A stretch of 64,000 bases of DNA from Entomortierella parvispora E1425 (lineage: Eukaryota; Fungi; Mortierellomycota), in NCBI GenBank assembly GCA_020891255.1, contig BQFW01000015.1:2666001-2730000 (forward strand), given 5' to 3'. This document shows, in pieces, positions 63,227-64,000 of the stretch. A program made the translations under genes and the position numbers. Position 1 is the stretch's first letter, and every line of letters starts with the position of its first letter. The notes beneath the pieces are model-generated. The model searched no databases, was not told the DNA's origin, and saw only the letters and a list, made by a program, of their open reading frames with translations.

Positions 63227-64000
63227 ATGTCCTATACGAACGGAGCTGGAGCTGGAGCGACTCCTCAGTATACGTCTGAAGAGATTGCCTACTGGGCTTC
63301 CATGGGCTACGTGTTTGACCCATCCGCTGCAGCGGCCGCCTCTACTACTCCTGTCGATCCAGCAGCAGCAGCTTACGCAGCCTCCTACAACCCACAACAG
63401 CAAGCGTACGGCGCCTCTACATACCCTTCAATACCATCTTCTTCCTCCACATACGGGTCTGGATCATATCACAGTCAGAGTCGACCCTATGGATCAACAA
63501 GTCGCGGAGGCTACAACAACGAATACGAGGATTTGAACAAGATTTTCGCGGATCCCAAGAAAGTTCAGGAGGAGGCTGCAGCCGCTGCAGCAAGGGCCGA
63601 AGAAGAGGCCGCAATAGCCAAAGCCAAAGCCGCTGCCACGGTCGTCCGGAAGGCTGCAGGCCAGACCTGGGAAGATTCTACGCTTTTGGAATTCGATGAG
63701 AGTAAGGAAAAACAGAAATTGGGATGGCTTGTCAAGTTGCAGGAGATCCTCAGAACACGAATGCGGATATGAATGACCACTTGCCATTGTCTCACTGAGT
63801 GTCTTTGCTGTTTTTTTTCGATACAGAATAGGAACTGACTTGTTTTACAATGATCCCTTTCTTTGCTTCATTAGATGACTTCAGGTTGTTTGCAGGAGAC
63901 TTGGGAAATGAGGTCACAGACGACTTGCTGACAAAAACCTTTTCAAAGTACCCCTCATTCTTGAAAGCCAAGGTGGTGAGGGACAAGAGGACCCAGAAGA
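63227..64000 (+). CDS. RBM42: RBM42-like RRM splicing factor (3' end outside the window)
   Basis: VVRKAAGQTWEDSTLLEFDE | DFRLFAGDLGNEVTDDLLTKTFSKYPSFLKAKVVRDKRTQK. Confidence 0.92.

Overview
Gene-dense, intron-rich eukaryotic DNA. Gene content and long poly-A/T intron tracts suggest an early-diverging fungus, probably Mortierellaceae-like (inference). About 25 spliced protein genes can be supported: a UBL/BAG6-like fragment, nicastrin, DONSON, HSP10, a P3A H+-ATPase, RPL33/eL33, an RTC4-domain protein, an AlaX editing protein, an alpha-arrestin, an EcsC-like secretory protein, an ArsC-like reductase, VAC14, yippee, an aquaglyceroporin, a DH-PH RhoGEF, CHMP7, an NmrA-like protein, dephospho-CoA kinase, RAE1, GSKIP, a TKL kinase, a P1B Cu-ATPase and RBM42. 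The standout locus is about 52-58.9 kb on the minus strand. Manual splicing there joins four listed ORFs plus a short terminal exon into one protein of about 1,730 aa. It has an N-terminal XPG/FEN1-type PIN nuclease and a C-terminal TnpB/Fanzor-type RuvC with an intact D-E-D triad and a C4 zinc ribbon. Weak candidate transposon ends flank it and no transposase is present, so it is a candidate two-nuclease RNA-guided (OMEGA-like) system. All family assignments come from motif recognition by eye; no searches were run.
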